A DNA stretch of 64,000 nt from Strigamia acuminata (lineage: Eukaryota): positions 30,380,001 to 30,444,000 of the forward strand of contig OX442314.1 of NCBI GenBank assembly GCA_949358305.1, written 5' to 3'. Under the pieces are notes generated by a model. The model did not search any database. It saw only the letters and a list, made by a program, of their open reading frames with translations, and was not told where the DNA came from. Made by a program: the position numbers and the translations under genes. Position 1 is the first letter of the stretch. Each line of letters starts with the position of its first letter. This document shows positions 21,814-36,240 of the stretch, one piece after another.

Positions 21814-22816
21814 TGTGGTGACCCGACTGGACCGGGGTCAACGAAGAGTTTCTCTCGTGACCTCGTTTCGGGTGTAGGGGGAGTCGCAAGCGCGTCTCCC
21901 TTCCCTCAGTGCATTGACATCTAGTCAATGGACAGGCGTCTGCCCTGAGGGAGTGGGGATGGCTCGTCCACCCCACCATTGGGTGATTCCGGTCACCTGT
22001 CAACCCCGCTTTGTGCAAAAGAATGTGCCTTGCACTGAGCGGGCAGAACCAACACAACCATCAAACAAGAAACACACGAGAAATCTACCGTCCTACCGAT
22101 CAGGCCTAAGTCAAGCACTAGGAGTGACCAGGGACAAAGGATATATTCTTCGTGAGTACATTTGATTCGTGTTAACCTCCGCAGAGTAACCTGCGTGATA
22201 AGATTACCGCGCTGTTTTAGCACACCCGCTAGAAACAGCAAACACCACTCCAGTTTAGCGAGTTGTGCAGACAAACGGTCGCACAAGCCTAAACTGCAGT
22301 AAAACCACGACGAGCGTTCCCGCCGCTGTGTGACCGCCGGGAGCCAGAAGAGTCCGCCGCTGTGTGATCGCCGGACACCTACAAAAAACCCTAAACCTAG
22401 ACAACAGACCAGAAGTAAGACCTTTTAGGCATTCACTCGCGCCCGACCAGCGTGAGCCCGAAGGACCGAACGAGAAACGTGAGACGAGGACGCCATTCAT
22501 TGCCACGCCGGCCCAAGACGACACCACGTTGCCACGCGGACGCCATCTTGGATCCAGAGCGCCAACAAAGGACGACCTCGACCAGTTTCCCGCCAACTTC
22601 ACACATCTTACCTTTTACCTTTATTCCCTTACATATTTTATCCCTTTTACCTGTAAATTCCCATATAATAAATACATTTATTATATTTACCATTTTACAT
22701 TGTTTGCCGTTTCACATTATTTGGGTAACCGCTTGAGTAAAGCGGTATTGCGAGATTAGAGAGTGACTCATACCACGAGTTAGCGACAGTTAGAGTTGAG
22801 CGCGACAAGGTAACCA
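21814..22816 (+). repeat. 3' LTR of element B (about 1.0 kb)
   Basis: Follows the PPT; termini TG(TG)GTGACC...GGTAACCA; AATAAA near 22668 followed by T-rich sequence. Confidence 0.7.
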
Positions 22817-23416
22817 CTGCCAGACGGCAACCCATTGAAAAGATGGCAGCGTTTGAGAGACAAAATGGAATGAGACAGAATAGGATGTATTCGCTGACGC
22901 TGCGTTTTGGGCTTGAAAAGTAAATATGCTTTAAGATGCTGTATTTGAGCTGATGAAATGGATGTTACATAAATAAACTTTTATTTTATTGCAGTGTATT
23001 ACAACTATGGGTAATTGCTCTTAATTTGCTTCCCCACTGTAATTTTTTTTTTATATTTGAAACCGGGTTGGTACTAAAATGATTGTTAATTGTGAATAAA
23101 TTAATCGTCAAGTTATTCATACAGGTATTTGATGAATCAAAATCGAGACTTGCAACTGCTTGCAACAAATTATTGATGCCAATTAGCATATATTACCACT
23201 CAATGCAAATTAAGTTTTATAATTAACCAGTTAAAACATATGGCACAATTTGCAAAGTGTTAACCATAACAAAACAATAACAATATTTAAAAAAAATTAA
23301 AAATACACATTTATATTGTATATATTTATATTTATATATATAATTTTATACATTCTAAAATTCTTCACAATTCTTCACCGTGAAACTTTCTTTTCTGCTG
23401 GTTCTTTTCTGTTATC

Positions 23417-26400
23417 TCTGCAATATATTAAAAAAACAAGAAATTAATGTAAATTAATATTTATTTTCTAAAAAAAACAATAAACAATTTGGTTAAAACT
23501 TAATTTTTGTACAGTGATAGAGAAATTAACACATATTACCAGTTACTACCCATTCGGTTGTTTATTACCGGTTGAAATAGGACTGGTCTGTAAGTTTTGT
23601 TAGGAGAGAAAGGCCGTAGAAAGCTAATAGAAAAGCATAAAATATCTTAAAATGACTAAATGCAAATGACTTAAAACTAATTGTTTAAAATGTGTTTATT
23701 ATTACAATTAGATGCACATTTTTTTTTGTTCAAACTTCATGCCACAGTATTTATTCTACACAAGTGAAATGAATGAAAATGAGAAATTAATATTTATGGC
23801 TGCATTTGTTTGCCACCTAGTGACAGTTTTTGTTATTAAAGTGTTATTTGCCAATCTGTGTTACAGTATAGAAATGTGCTGCTGTGTTGAGCAAGGTTTT
23901 TCGAGTGACAACCACAGTTTGCACCCAGTATATTGATGTTAAATTCAAACTGCGCATCCATTCTGTGCACAGGATTCCCATAGACACCTGCATCACCACA
24001 GCACCACATGTCTGTATTATTTAAGATTTTTAGGAAATTGGAATTAAAATGATTTTATCCTAATCTTGCATTACCTGAAAGGTTCCTTTTTCCAAAATGG
24101 TGTATATTTCTGCTGAACCTGTATTAAACATAAAGGTTTGCTTCAATATTGTTACCACAGAGTATATGCATTCTGTATTTTCTACATTACCTCCATATTT
24201 AATGCCATGTTTGATCTTGGTGAATTAAAAACTTCATCACTGCCATTGCTTTTGTTATCCCTTTCAGTGCCCTCAGTTGAAACCCTCGAGTCTGTTGATT
24301 TCATTGTGTGATTTCCTTGTTTTCCGCTTGACTCATCTAGAAATAAGTCAAAGAAACACGGCCTTAAGTATCAAACACTTGAAAAGTTATTGTCCCACTG
24401 AACTAAATCTCACTTGCAGTAAAGCTGCCCTCTTTTCCAGCATTTTCTCTCATTCTTATATACACATCATTGCTGCCTTCAATTTCCAAGTGGGCATTTG
24501 GAGAGCGAGAAGCCACAATGATCTGATTGCTGTGATCATGAATTGCAGATTTAGCCGTTCCGTCCTGTTGAGCAGACGGAGATGGAGCACCTTCGGGTTC
24601 CTGCCGCGACGCTTTATGGTGTTCTTCTAATTTCTGTTGTCGTCTCATCCATTTACTAATTCCACCGAAGAGGCCAGAATCTTGCTTCTTCTCAACAAGA
24701 GGTTTCTGATACAATTCTTCTGTTGACAAATACAATTGAGTAGGAGACATCAACACTGGAGGTGGGCTTTCGCATCCTTCGATGCCGTAGTCTCTTTTAT
24801 CCATGTTTGGCGAGCTATTGGATAGCAGTTTAAGCTGAAGACATATACTGGCCTTCTCTCGCTCCCGCTTCTTCTGGAACTCTTCTTCGACTTGGTTCAC
24901 CAACAATTTCTCCTTTTCTCGGTGTTTTTCGCTCTGCTCTGCCATTTGGGATAGTTGCTGTTCAATTCGTCTTCGTTCTTGCTGCCTCACTGTACTTTGG
25001 AATGTGAATTTCTTCGGCTTCTTAGAATTGTAACCTACGTATACAACATTTCCATACTCTTCGCTATCCGTCGGAGAACCATTGCCCAGGATGATTTTCT
25101 TTGCGTCGTATTCCGGCAGATAAATGATGTGTTCGGTTGGCGAATACTTCATAAACAAATCATCCTTTGTTCTGTTTTTCTTCAATGATTGTGTCTTTTC
25201 ATGATGGTTTATGTGGAGAGAATCCAAACTCATGACACGATTTTGCAAGCCGGTTTGTGCAGATGAGGTTGGAATGGGACCTGACCCTATACGCCGCATT
25301 ACAATATTCGTGGAGCGAAGAACTTCACCGTTCGCTTTCTCCTTCGCGTGTTTTTCGCCTTCGTCTCCATTATGCAAGGAATTTGGTAAGCTTCGGCTAA
25401 AGGACCAGTTTTCATCAATCTCTCCTTGCTCTTCCGGCATCACTCCGGAAGACGAGCGTTTCAGTTTTCGGACACTGGTGAACGTGATTGATGCATTTGA
25501 ATCCGTTGGCTTTATCCACATTTTTTTGGCACCTTTCGATCCTCTCTTTTCGTCTTCAGTGGATGTTCTGGAGGAAAACATGTGTTTAATGGACATCAAT
25601 TTTGGTTGGACACTAATCATTTGTGGGGTTGTGCCATTTGCCGCTATTGGATGTTCATTGCTGCCTCCGTCAAAGTCACTGGTCAGATCCTCTTCAGGAG
25701 TCCAAGTACTTCTTTTCTTCTGTGGTTTGGGATTATTTTCTTTAAATGTCGACTCTGGATTGGAAATCTGTGCATATCCAGAATGAGGTGGCGAGTTGTG
25801 TTTTCCTTGATCATTAAGTTTATCTGGGGCAGTGACCAAATCAAAGTCATTTGCAAGACCTGGACTGCCTGCATCTTGGGAAATGCCGGAATCGGCTGAT
25901 CTCTCATTTCCTACTCTGGGAGGAGCCACTGGCCTTGTTATTCGTCGAATGGAATCCTCTTGTATATCGCCTTCACTGGCCATATTTGTCGCCTGTTGGG
26001 CATGGGCATTAGCAATGTGCTCCAGATTAAGGGATCTCCAGGCCTGTGTTGGGGAAAATCTGGGTAATGCTGGCACCCTTTTAGGTAATGTTGGGCGTAA
26101 ATGCATGTTGATATCTTCTTCATCACTGTTTTCAATGTGGAGTTCCAGAGTTGTCTTTAGATTTGTGATCTGTGGCTCTAATTCATAGCGGTACCGCTTA
26201 TCTTCGAACGCATAGGAATTTCTTTGCCGGCTGTTTGACATATTTTTCTTGAGATTGTCTTGGTTTAATTCTTCTTGCTTGGAAATCATTCCATTGTGGT
26301 TTACATCAGGGATTCTGTTTTCAGCATGTTGTTGCTGAGGTTGTGGAGATAGAGGCACTTTTCTATTATGTACATCTTGGTTTAGCGGCAATCGGTTTTT

Positions 26401-27885
26401 TTCCGAATGCCAACTTCCGCTGTGGATATTTCGAGATAAACTTGATCCACTCCTTTGTGCAACTAGTTCTCTCTTTGTGTGATGTATTGGCGAATTTGAT
26501 TCCAGTCTACCATCACCTTCTCCAAAGTAATACAGCTTTGGACTGGAGTCTTTTCTGTGGAGCAACATTTCAGTTTTTGTTATAGGACTACCTATTCGAC
26601 CTGTGCTTGTCGATGAAGTTCTTTCTATTGGTAATTTAGAATCTATGGGATAACCCCATTTGTCGTCCGAAGGTTTACGTGGCGGCATTTGGCGAAGCAG
26701 ACTGTTTGCCGAATGAGCAGACTGCCGACTACAAGGTCTTATAATTTCTTCGTGATGTCTTTCATTGGTTAATTTTGAATCTACGTGATATCCCCATTTA
26801 TCATCGGGATGCTTGCGGGATTGCTTTTGCCATAGAAGACTGTTTGCTGAATGCGTTGATTGGCGACTACCTGGTCTTAAGATGTCTTCATGTCTTTCTA
26901 ATAATCTCCTGTCATTTACATTATCATGGCTGCTTCGTAACCTGCGGTGTAGGTCCAATTTGTTTGGTTCAATCATACAGTTGTTGAGACTTTCTAAAGA
27001 TTGCCGGAGTTTAGCGTTTAGCGGTATCTCGGGATTCATCGCTGTTTGAAGGCTATCCATTGATTTTGCCCTAAATCTCTTTTCGTTCATTTGTCTATCT
27101 ATGGAACCGGCGTATCGATGTCTATCGGGTATTAATTTATGATGAGGTTTATTATTTCTAGGTTCAGTATTTTTATAAAACTTCCATTCTTGAGTCGACG
27201 GACCATTCTTTTGCATTTCTTGTTTCAGGTCTCTGTGTTCCAATATCCGCTCCATGGATCCTGTGGCTCGCATTTGTGAAGGCACTCCTATGCACCATGT
27301 TTCTTGTCGTTGTTCCCAAGGATGAATTTTTACAATTGTTCCTGTGATAGGATCTTTGAAAGAACTGGCTCTGCTAACTGCCGGTTCACTCGATGTCGGA
27401 TATGCCATTGGAGGCGGAGGTGCCTTGGATTTTTTAAAAAGTTTTCTATGTGCAGAACTGGTATTAGTTTCATGATTACCATCATAAAATTGTTTTGACT
27501 TTGCCAAATCTGGATTACTATAATATCTGGAGTTAGTTTGTTCCATGCGTAGGTTTATAGCTTCTACGTGGGTTCTTCGGGTTTCGATAACCCGAAGAAG
27601 CTCCGCTTCATTTGCCGATGGGATTTTGACAATTGGAGCTTTTCCGCTTATAGTTCCTCCATTTTGCAATATGTTGCCATTGTCGGTGATTTTTAATTTC
27701 TGTCCGGGTATCCTTTCCGGAAGGACTTTGTATTCTGGATTGTAGATGCCCGGTTCAAGATGGGATGATGGAGGTGGTCCTGGTGGATAGTGAATTTGGC
27801 CATTACGGATTTCCCGATGGAATGCCGGATGATATGGCTGATGAGAATGCGTGTTGTTGGCTTGCGAAGAATTTGAATTTCCCAT
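23417..27885 (-). CDS. Host gene, about 1250-aa largely disordered protein with predicted N-myristoylation and C-terminal coiled coil; exons 27885-24414, 24336-24191, 24118-24075, 23623-23540, stop completed at 23417
   Basis: 1160-codon ORF starting MGNSNS. GT-AG introns keep the frame through three small exons (...KTYRPVLFQP...). Charged helix FQSTVRQQERRRIEQQL...EEEFQKKREREK. Confidence 0.8.
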
Positions 27886-30800
27886 TATCGGTCACTGATG
27901 TCAGTTGAACATCGCCTTAAGTATCTGTAAGGACAAGAATTTTTTTTTAAATATATAGTCAGTCTAATCCTTTTAAGTTGAAGCAAATGTTTGTTCCACC
28001 CATTCCTCAAGGATGGTATTTTAGAATCAGGACAACCCTGTAGTTGCTGTCCCACCTTCAAATAAATATTTCCATCTACCACACAGCAATTTCCTACAAT
28101 AACAATGAAACATATTTATATAAAAAAAAATTAATTTCAGCCAATCCATGAGCAATTCTTGAGCTGGCCTTTGTCATTTGCACAAAACCTGTCAACAGAA
28201 CATGAAAACATATGAAATAAATAACAAATTAGTATTTGTACTAAGAGAAAGACATGATAGATGCCAATCTAAGGTCAACAACACTCGACACTCCACGCTT
28301 TGTAAGGCAAGGAAAACATTATGAATTCATCCTACTGTGAGTTGGAGTTATGCTTATAAATGGGCAGGCTTAATTAAAGTGTGGAATGCTATCCGGAAAT
28401 ACGCTGCCTACTATGTGGAATACAGTTGTAACTTATATCCGGAATTTAATGAGCTCTTAGTGAAATTCAACTGAATTGGATTGTCTTTGGTTTGATCTGT
28501 GTCAATAATATTTAAAGCTTTTTGTTTAAAACTGTAGCAATTACTTGTGGAATTTAAGCTTTTGTTCCACAGCCTGCAAGTCTGCTATAAATATTTTATT
28601 ACACAGAGGAAGTTTCAAGGTTTTAATTTTATTATTGTATCCCCAATTTTTAATTAGTTTTGGTATTTTAATACCACAAGTTTTATCTGTGTATACTGTA
28701 GAATAAGAATATTAGAATAAGGTAAAGATTGTTTTGTTTAAAAAGAATTATATAGAAGGATTTGAGATGTATAAAATATATCTAGAGACAGAAGAAACTT
28801 CTTATCTCTGGATCTGAGATGAATGATAATTCTTGTGCTTTCCTCATTGATGGGAGAATGCAGCATACACAAAATGGCATACTTCACACAGACAACAGTG
28901 CAAACAGAAAAATAAAGAAAAATAAAGGTTACCTTTAAGGTTTAAATGCCCCCAACTAATCTTTAATGTTCCCAAACTAGTTGTACAGAAACCAGAAAAT
29001 CTCTTTATGGTCAATCAAATTGAAATTAAAAAAATAAAATAAAACAAAAACGTTTAATTAAACCTTTTAACTATATCTGTTGAAAAAAAATGCTAAATTG
29101 ATTTGCAAAGGAAGTAATAAAAGCACTTAACCCTTCATTTATAAAACACTCATTTGAAAAACTTCAATTTGAAATGTAATTAGAAACACTATCTTCATCT
29201 GCCCCTTTCCACTGTTTTTGACCTTGAATTTTTTCTTTTACTTGCCAAAAGGTAATGAGGCAAACCTTCATAAAGTTTAACTTTGTAAACAAATCCAACA
29301 AATCTCATTACAATCAAACAAAATCAACAACTCAACTGTGATTCACTTTTTTAAACCTACAACAAATGAAAACACAGTTTATATCATAAAATTAAAAAAA
29401 ATTAAAAATATTTTTAAACATTCTTTCAGCCAATAAAAACACTTTTGTGTGCCATTATTAATACTCACATGTTTTTGTAGGAATGAAATCATTGAGTCAT
29501 CCAGTTGTAAACCTATTCCACTACATTTTGTATCCAAGTATAGATTGAGTTGTAATGTCTGAACTGAAACCTTATGTGGCTTGCACTGGAGGTACTAGCA
29601 CTACCAACTTAGGAATGTGGCCTGAGGCCATGACCCAACCTGGGTTTACGTCATGAAAGCTTGAGGAAAAACACCTGGTTGATCTCATGCAAGAAAATAG
29701 GGGAAGAAGCTTAAACATGAGTTGCAAGTGATTTTGCTTCTTGTTATTGAGATTGGGTGACAAATATTTGCCCATTAAACCATCATATGACAGTTTTTAC
29801 ACTTGGGATTTGTTCTGGCTTTAACTTGGACACAATTGTGCAGAAAATGGTAGAAGTGTGCAAAAGTGATTGGCTTCAGGCAGATTCCATCTTCTAGAAA
29901 TTTTGTTTGACCTTCAGTGGACTAACATTCTTGAAATTGTGATTACATGAAGAAATGCTCCTCACTTTGCTGCAACAAAAAGTTTCTTTCTTTCTTTCTT
30001 CATTTTTATTATTTTATTTTGGTATTGATGGAGTTAAATCTAAATGGGTCAAACTTTTACAATGAATATTGTGTGTGTACTACATTTTTTTAAAATCCTT
30101 TTTTAGGTGTTTGTGTTTTCATTAATTGTTGCACTGTTATGTAATGATACAATATAATTCAGAGCAGAGGAAGGAAGATATACACACCCTAGATGTGAGA
30201 AAGAAAAAAAAAACATTTATGCTTTTAAAAAAATGTCCTATTTCATAGATGTTGTGACCTATAAAAGTATTTGGCTCATTCATGTAACATGAACTTTTAG
30301 ATATGTGTATACAGTTTTATCTTTGATGATTTATTCAAAGGCTGTATTTATTATCCCATAGATTATTGTAAATCCATTGATGAAATTAGGTATAATTGTA
30401 CCTTTACACAGTGCACTACTGTATTTCTGAACTTTATATATTATCTAGGCTAATTTTTAATATTTTTTGTTTGATCTTTTTTTAATGCTAAATTATTATC
30501 ACAAATAATTTGCCTCACTGTAGATATAAATTATTCCATTCATCAAATCTAATGTCATTATCGCCACATCTATAAAATGACATTTCTTGAATGCCCAGTT
30601 TACATCCAAATACCCTAGATCTAATCTTTTGCTGGATGTTTATTCTGTTTACCAAATTGCACTTAAGGTTTTCAGGTGAAGAACATCTTTAATCTAGATT
30701 CAGACATTAATTTGACAAATGACATCTAAGGTTATCTATGTAGACAAACTATAAAAAGTTTAAACTTACTAAATTTTGCAGTCCACTGTCTCAAACATGT

Positions 30801-33800
30801 CTATGGAGTGGTTAAGAATCCATGTGGTTAAATAGTTATATAGCAATGAATTACAATGCATTTTGAAATGCATTACAATGCATTTTGAAATGCATTGGGT
30901 TTTGCAAGATTGCATTTTATAATACATTTTAGCATGCACAATGTTAATACATTTTGTAGAACTTGATGTGTTTATAAATGGCACAAAAGATCAAAAAATA
31001 AAAATGAACAAGACATTTTTGATTGATGTGTAGATAAGCTGACAGATGAGAATGTGGTTTATAATTTAATTAGGCACTTGTTATAATAGTTAAAAGACGA
31101 ATAAGAAAACATTTAGGATACTTTAAACATTTTAAAATATAAAATATAAATTTTTCGTAGAGAAAAATCAAATTATATTCTCAACTGCACCAGATTAAAT
31201 CGACCATACACCTGTATATTTCACTTTGCAACTTATCGTAATCCATACTTTTTAGTAAAATAATTTCACCCTTTCAAACATAATTTTATCTTCATTCATC
31301 AATGAATTATAGAGAATTGACAAGACATTCAGGTCAAGGATACACCAAATTGCGCATCGAAATTATTGAACATACACTTCACAGCACTAAAAAAACGACT
31401 TACCTCTTTGCTCACCAAAGACTTGAAGTGAATAAAACCATTTAGGTTTGTTTACATTATCAGTAAAACAATTTTTTCTGCTTCATCGCTCGCATTTCGC
31501 ATTATTTCGACAAAGAAGAGGAAATGGGAAATATTTAACGAGTATCTCTTTAATGATTGGTTGTTACGAAACATTTCAAGGTTAAAAATAGTTTTATTGA
31601 ATATTTCAGGCCAGAACTTCCAATTGCACTTGTGATATTGCATGTGAAAATCCAGGTCACTGTTTACATTGAATGTTGAATGCAAAAATAGATTTAAAAC
31701 AGATAAATTTTCACATGTACAGAGAAAACCTGTTAAAGGGTAAAGAAATATAGGAATGCAAGATGTGCCATTGGGTCAAACACGTAAAACAATATCTGAC
31801 AGTGGAATTCAAACCTGAGCAAACATTCCATAAGGTCAGCATTGTGATTTGCAAGATAAAACCGTACAAGCAATTTGCAATTCAGATGGGGTATGCTGAA
31901 TCCAATTAATGTTTGCAATTCATGACAATGCACATTGGTCAATAACTTGTAAATTGTAGGAGCTGCAGGCATGTAAATTACTTTTTAGTAAACCGTGAGA
32001 CAGAATGTCACAAGTGGCACTCGTTGGAACAACTACAAGGTGGGCCAGAGAGTCCTGACGATTGTGTAAAAGTAATTGTGCGTTGTTATGAGCTTTCGCA
32101 CAGAAACCATACATCACCATTGGTCAAGAGAGTGACCACTACTTGTAGCCCCCTGATGGGGATAGTCAGAATTCGAATAAAACACTTGTTAACCTACATT
32201 TAGGCCTACTAGTCACGTATCCAATTATTGCACTGTAATTAATTAAAAATCTTATTTGAAAACAGTTGTAAATTGACATGGACATTGCGTTAGAAGTTGC
32301 AGAATGGCCATATCTCGAAAACGGCTCGTGGAAACGATTTGAAACTTGGAAATTCGGTGTCTACGAGTGTTATTTACCCTATGCACCTTGAATGGTGCTG
32401 TGGAACCGAGTATTTTACGTTTGGGACATGTTTTACGTATTAACAATAGGTTCCGTCCTGCCCCTAGATGGGCGAATCAAATGGTCTGCCAACTTCAGCC
32501 CGGTGCAGTGCGTAATGGGAAATCTGGAAAGTAAATTAGAAATGTTTGTGCGGCATTTGAGTGTTGTCATTTTGCACACATCAAACTGGCATTCAAATCT
32601 CTGTCTAATGGTTGTAGTTGCAAATAAAAAGTTTAATTAATTACGGTGTGCCGTGTGGGAACTTGTTCTTCGGGCAGCTGGCAGCTATACGAGTGTTTTA
32701 TACGTTATCTTCGCTTGGAATTCTAAATCAGCGGTGTCTTTGTGATTCACATTTTATTTATATGCAACAGGAAACGTTTTATACTTTTGTTTCAAAGTTG
32801 ACGACCAAAGAGTATATCAGGAAAATTCCTCTCGGAACAACTGCACGATTTAACCACAATCGAGTCGTGCATGCACAATTGGTTAACACTCAACGGACCT
32901 TCATGGGGTCACCGGAATTTTCCCATATCGCATCCCAACGTTTAAAATTTGATTGACATTTTTCTTTTAATGTTTTCCAACTTAAATTTTCTACCTCAAC
33001 CTTGAGATAGTAGCAAGTTGTTTTTATTTCTTGCTTGGCTGAGCGTTTATAATAACAAACCATTGTCGAAACATCTTAATCGTATTAAATTAATGCCATC
33101 TTTCCATCAGCCTTGTATCCCATATAGGCACCGGAAGCGCCAATTGAAAACCGTCGCTGAGAAATGAAAAGGCGAGCAAAAGGAAGTGTGATTTTGAAAA
33201 CGACAGTCGAAATAAAAACAGAATAAAAGCGGACCGAGGATTTTATTGTTGCCAATATTACGCAACAACAAATCCAGGCCATAAAACAGATTCTTCTCGA
33301 GGCATTAAATAGAAATCGACACTTCTTGTGTAACGGTTAAAAGAGGAAATCAAAGATGGCGGCTCTGATGCGTGAAAATCAGATCTATTATTCTTTAATA
33401 AGAATAATGGGGAATAGTTCAAGCAGAAATAATAAGTCTAGATATCTCCAGGAAGGATTATGCAACTAAAATCTTATTAAAACAAATCGATTTTTGAATT
33501 TTGAATTTATAAAAACGAAATAATTTAATATTTTTTTTTTTTAAGGAAGAAAAAAAAATTAAAAATGACAGAAAAAATAATCCTTTCTGGGAAATAAATC
33601 TCAATCACTTGACAAAGCAAGCAGAACGACAGCTGAAGTCGTTTTCTTTCAAGTGGAATTGATTATTACTAAACCATTAACACGGCTATGCACGTCGATT
33701 TCGGCACGTGGCTGAAAAATTCTGTCAAGTTTGCAGACAAAAATGTCTGCGAAATCAATTTCACATGTAAAAAAAAATTAAATTTTACATTAAAAAACAT

Positions 33801-36240
33801 TTTTTTTATTTATTCCAAAAAAAAAAAATAAACAAGTTGCGAGCACTTGAATTTCAAGTGATGAATAGATTTCCTCCACACTGGTTAAATACAAAAGCAA
33901 ACTGTGTCAGTAACTCTTTAAATAAGGCTTTAATTGCATTTTAAGGGTTAAGATGGGACATCAGGTTAGTGTCTTGTAAATTATATACTACAAATGACAC
34001 CAGACACCTTTTAAAAAAAAATTATAAAAAAAATAAATATACCTGACCTTGTTTTGGTTAATGTAATTTGCCCACTGACCTAGACAAAAATCTGTTATCA
34101 CAATAATAAATTTAATTCATCAATTAAAAACGAGCACTAGTTAGGTTTTGCAATTTTGCACAGCTAATTGAAAATTTTAAAAACATTCATAAATTGGTTA
34201 TTGTATTAGTTTTATGTGAGAAGAAATATGAATAAGGGTCACAACATGGTGGTAGTGTTAAAATGTTATTATGAAATTGTTACTCACATGTCATCGTCCT
34301 AGACAAGGCCATACACCTGGGGTTGTAATCATTGCATGACACCCCCAGGTGGTGGGTTCGGTAAAGCTCTAAATTGTTTAATCAAAATCTTACAAAGCAG
34401 ATTTCTCAGTTTTGGATTTGTTATTAAATATATTAAAGAACATTCAACTTAACTGTTGGTCTGTTGTTGCTGTTAAATAAATCTAATGTAACTGTTCGAT
34501 TTTTTTTAAGCCAATGGGTTTCCTTCAAATTGATCTATGTACTTTAATCAAATGACCTAGGAAAGGGTCAAGCCAGTTTAAAACTTCTTGCTGGAGCTGG
34601 CACCTGTGATTATGTATTGGAATTCCCTATCAGCAATTTTATTTTTCTCATCAGTGCAATCTGACTCTCTGATTTAATTATGCAATGAATTTGTGACATT
34701 CAGTTGTTGGAGTTATTTTATACAATAAATAAATCTTAGCCCCAAGTACCCTGAATATATGGATATAAACATTGATATAAAAAAAAAAATAAATTAAATT
34801 TCTATGAAGTGCTTCTATATTCACTTCTTGGATGTCCAATAATTTGATTTTTGGCAGACACAATTATCCAGATTTTGGGATGTGGATTTTAGCCTTTGCT
34901 ATAATATTATTGACATTTGTTTAAAAAGCAGTTATATATGGATGACTAAAATTGCTATGAATCATATTAAACTCATGCTGTATATGAAATGAGGCTAAGA
35001 GGATGTAGTCTGACCAAATGTCACAGTTGATTCCAAGTTGTACTGTACATGTGTACAGCAAACTGTTATTTTCTAATGCTTACAACATTTAATTAGTAAT
35101 TAAAATTGGTCCTTGAATTTCTGTTGCATTGCCTAATAAAAACACACATGCATGACTTAAAAGCACTTAATAGCCTTTCCAAAGACCTTGGTTATTAAAC
35201 ACATCACAATTAGCAACACTTCCAGTTTTTCACTGCAATGCCATATTTGATAATAAAACTGTACAGCTAAGACACAAACCTTGGATTAAAAGCATCTTTT
35301 TTTTATTTCTATTTTAGAATTCAGTGCATATATTTTTTTTTTTTTTAAATATGAATAAAACACAGATACAAAAAAATTTCCAGGTTGCCCTTGTCAGGAA
35401 TGACTTGGGATCAATGAACCATAGTTGGCCTTTTAAAATAAAAGTAAAAACTTCACATTTGCATAAGGTCAGTTTGACAGTTCTACGGCTATGAGAATAA
35501 TATGTGAAAATGGAATACTAAAACTTACTTTTTAGCAATTTTTCTGCATACTTTCTGTTTCCTAACTGGGCAGGCAATGCCTGGTTTCACTTGGCTTGAT
35601 ATCCAGAAAGCTGTAAACTTGTTGGAGCAGGAAATAGTCAACTTTTGCCTTTGGTAAATACGAGTCACCCACTTATGAAGATATAAAGTTGGCAATTGTT
35701 GGTACACGTAGAGTTAAACTAATAACAGATGTAAATTTAGCTTTCCACACATCTAAATGAATAGGTCGTGGAAAAATAGGTTGTGGGATTGTTATGGTCA
35801 TGGACGGAGGGGGAATATTTCCCTCTAGTGATAAAACAATAAAGGTGATTATTGGTGGCGCCATCTATATTACACAAATCGTGTTATTCAGTTAGTATTA
35901 GTACACATAGTCATATTTCCAGATGAAAATTATCTGACTTATTGCGGAGTTGTTGGAAGATGTAGAGATGTAGAGCATCATGCTGCCCTTAGTCTTAGGT
36001 AGGTAGAGGGGCCTGCGACTGTGCATTTCTGTGTTTGAGTTTCGCGCCTCACAACGGTGTGGCGCTCTCTCGTGACAATCGTCACACTGTGATAAATGCC
36101 TGGATAAATGTTTGAAACAACTCAAGATAAGTAATTTTTTTAACCAGACGCCACTCGTGAGGCCACTTTCAATCACTTTAAAAACGTAAAACTCAAAAGT
36201 TGAGGTTTTATCTTGAGCCGTGTTAGTAACAGTAATCGAA

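Larger units (their letters stand above)
11507..22816 (+). mobile_element. Ty3/Gypsy LTR retrotransposon B (5' LTR and PBS not present here): gag, pol, extra ORF3, PPT, 3' LTR
   Basis: Intact gag and pol; pol clearly related to element A (e.g. PPTREEII, VIPxSLxxRVL..HGHPL, HxLSN..GIT...AxKRDGP); PPT GGAGGGGGA at about 21803-21811. Confidence 0.9.

Noticed and set aside
31730..33300. Possible decayed transposon in the intergenic or intronic region
   Set aside because: Looks repeat-like, but no diagnostic motif or termini could be supported.
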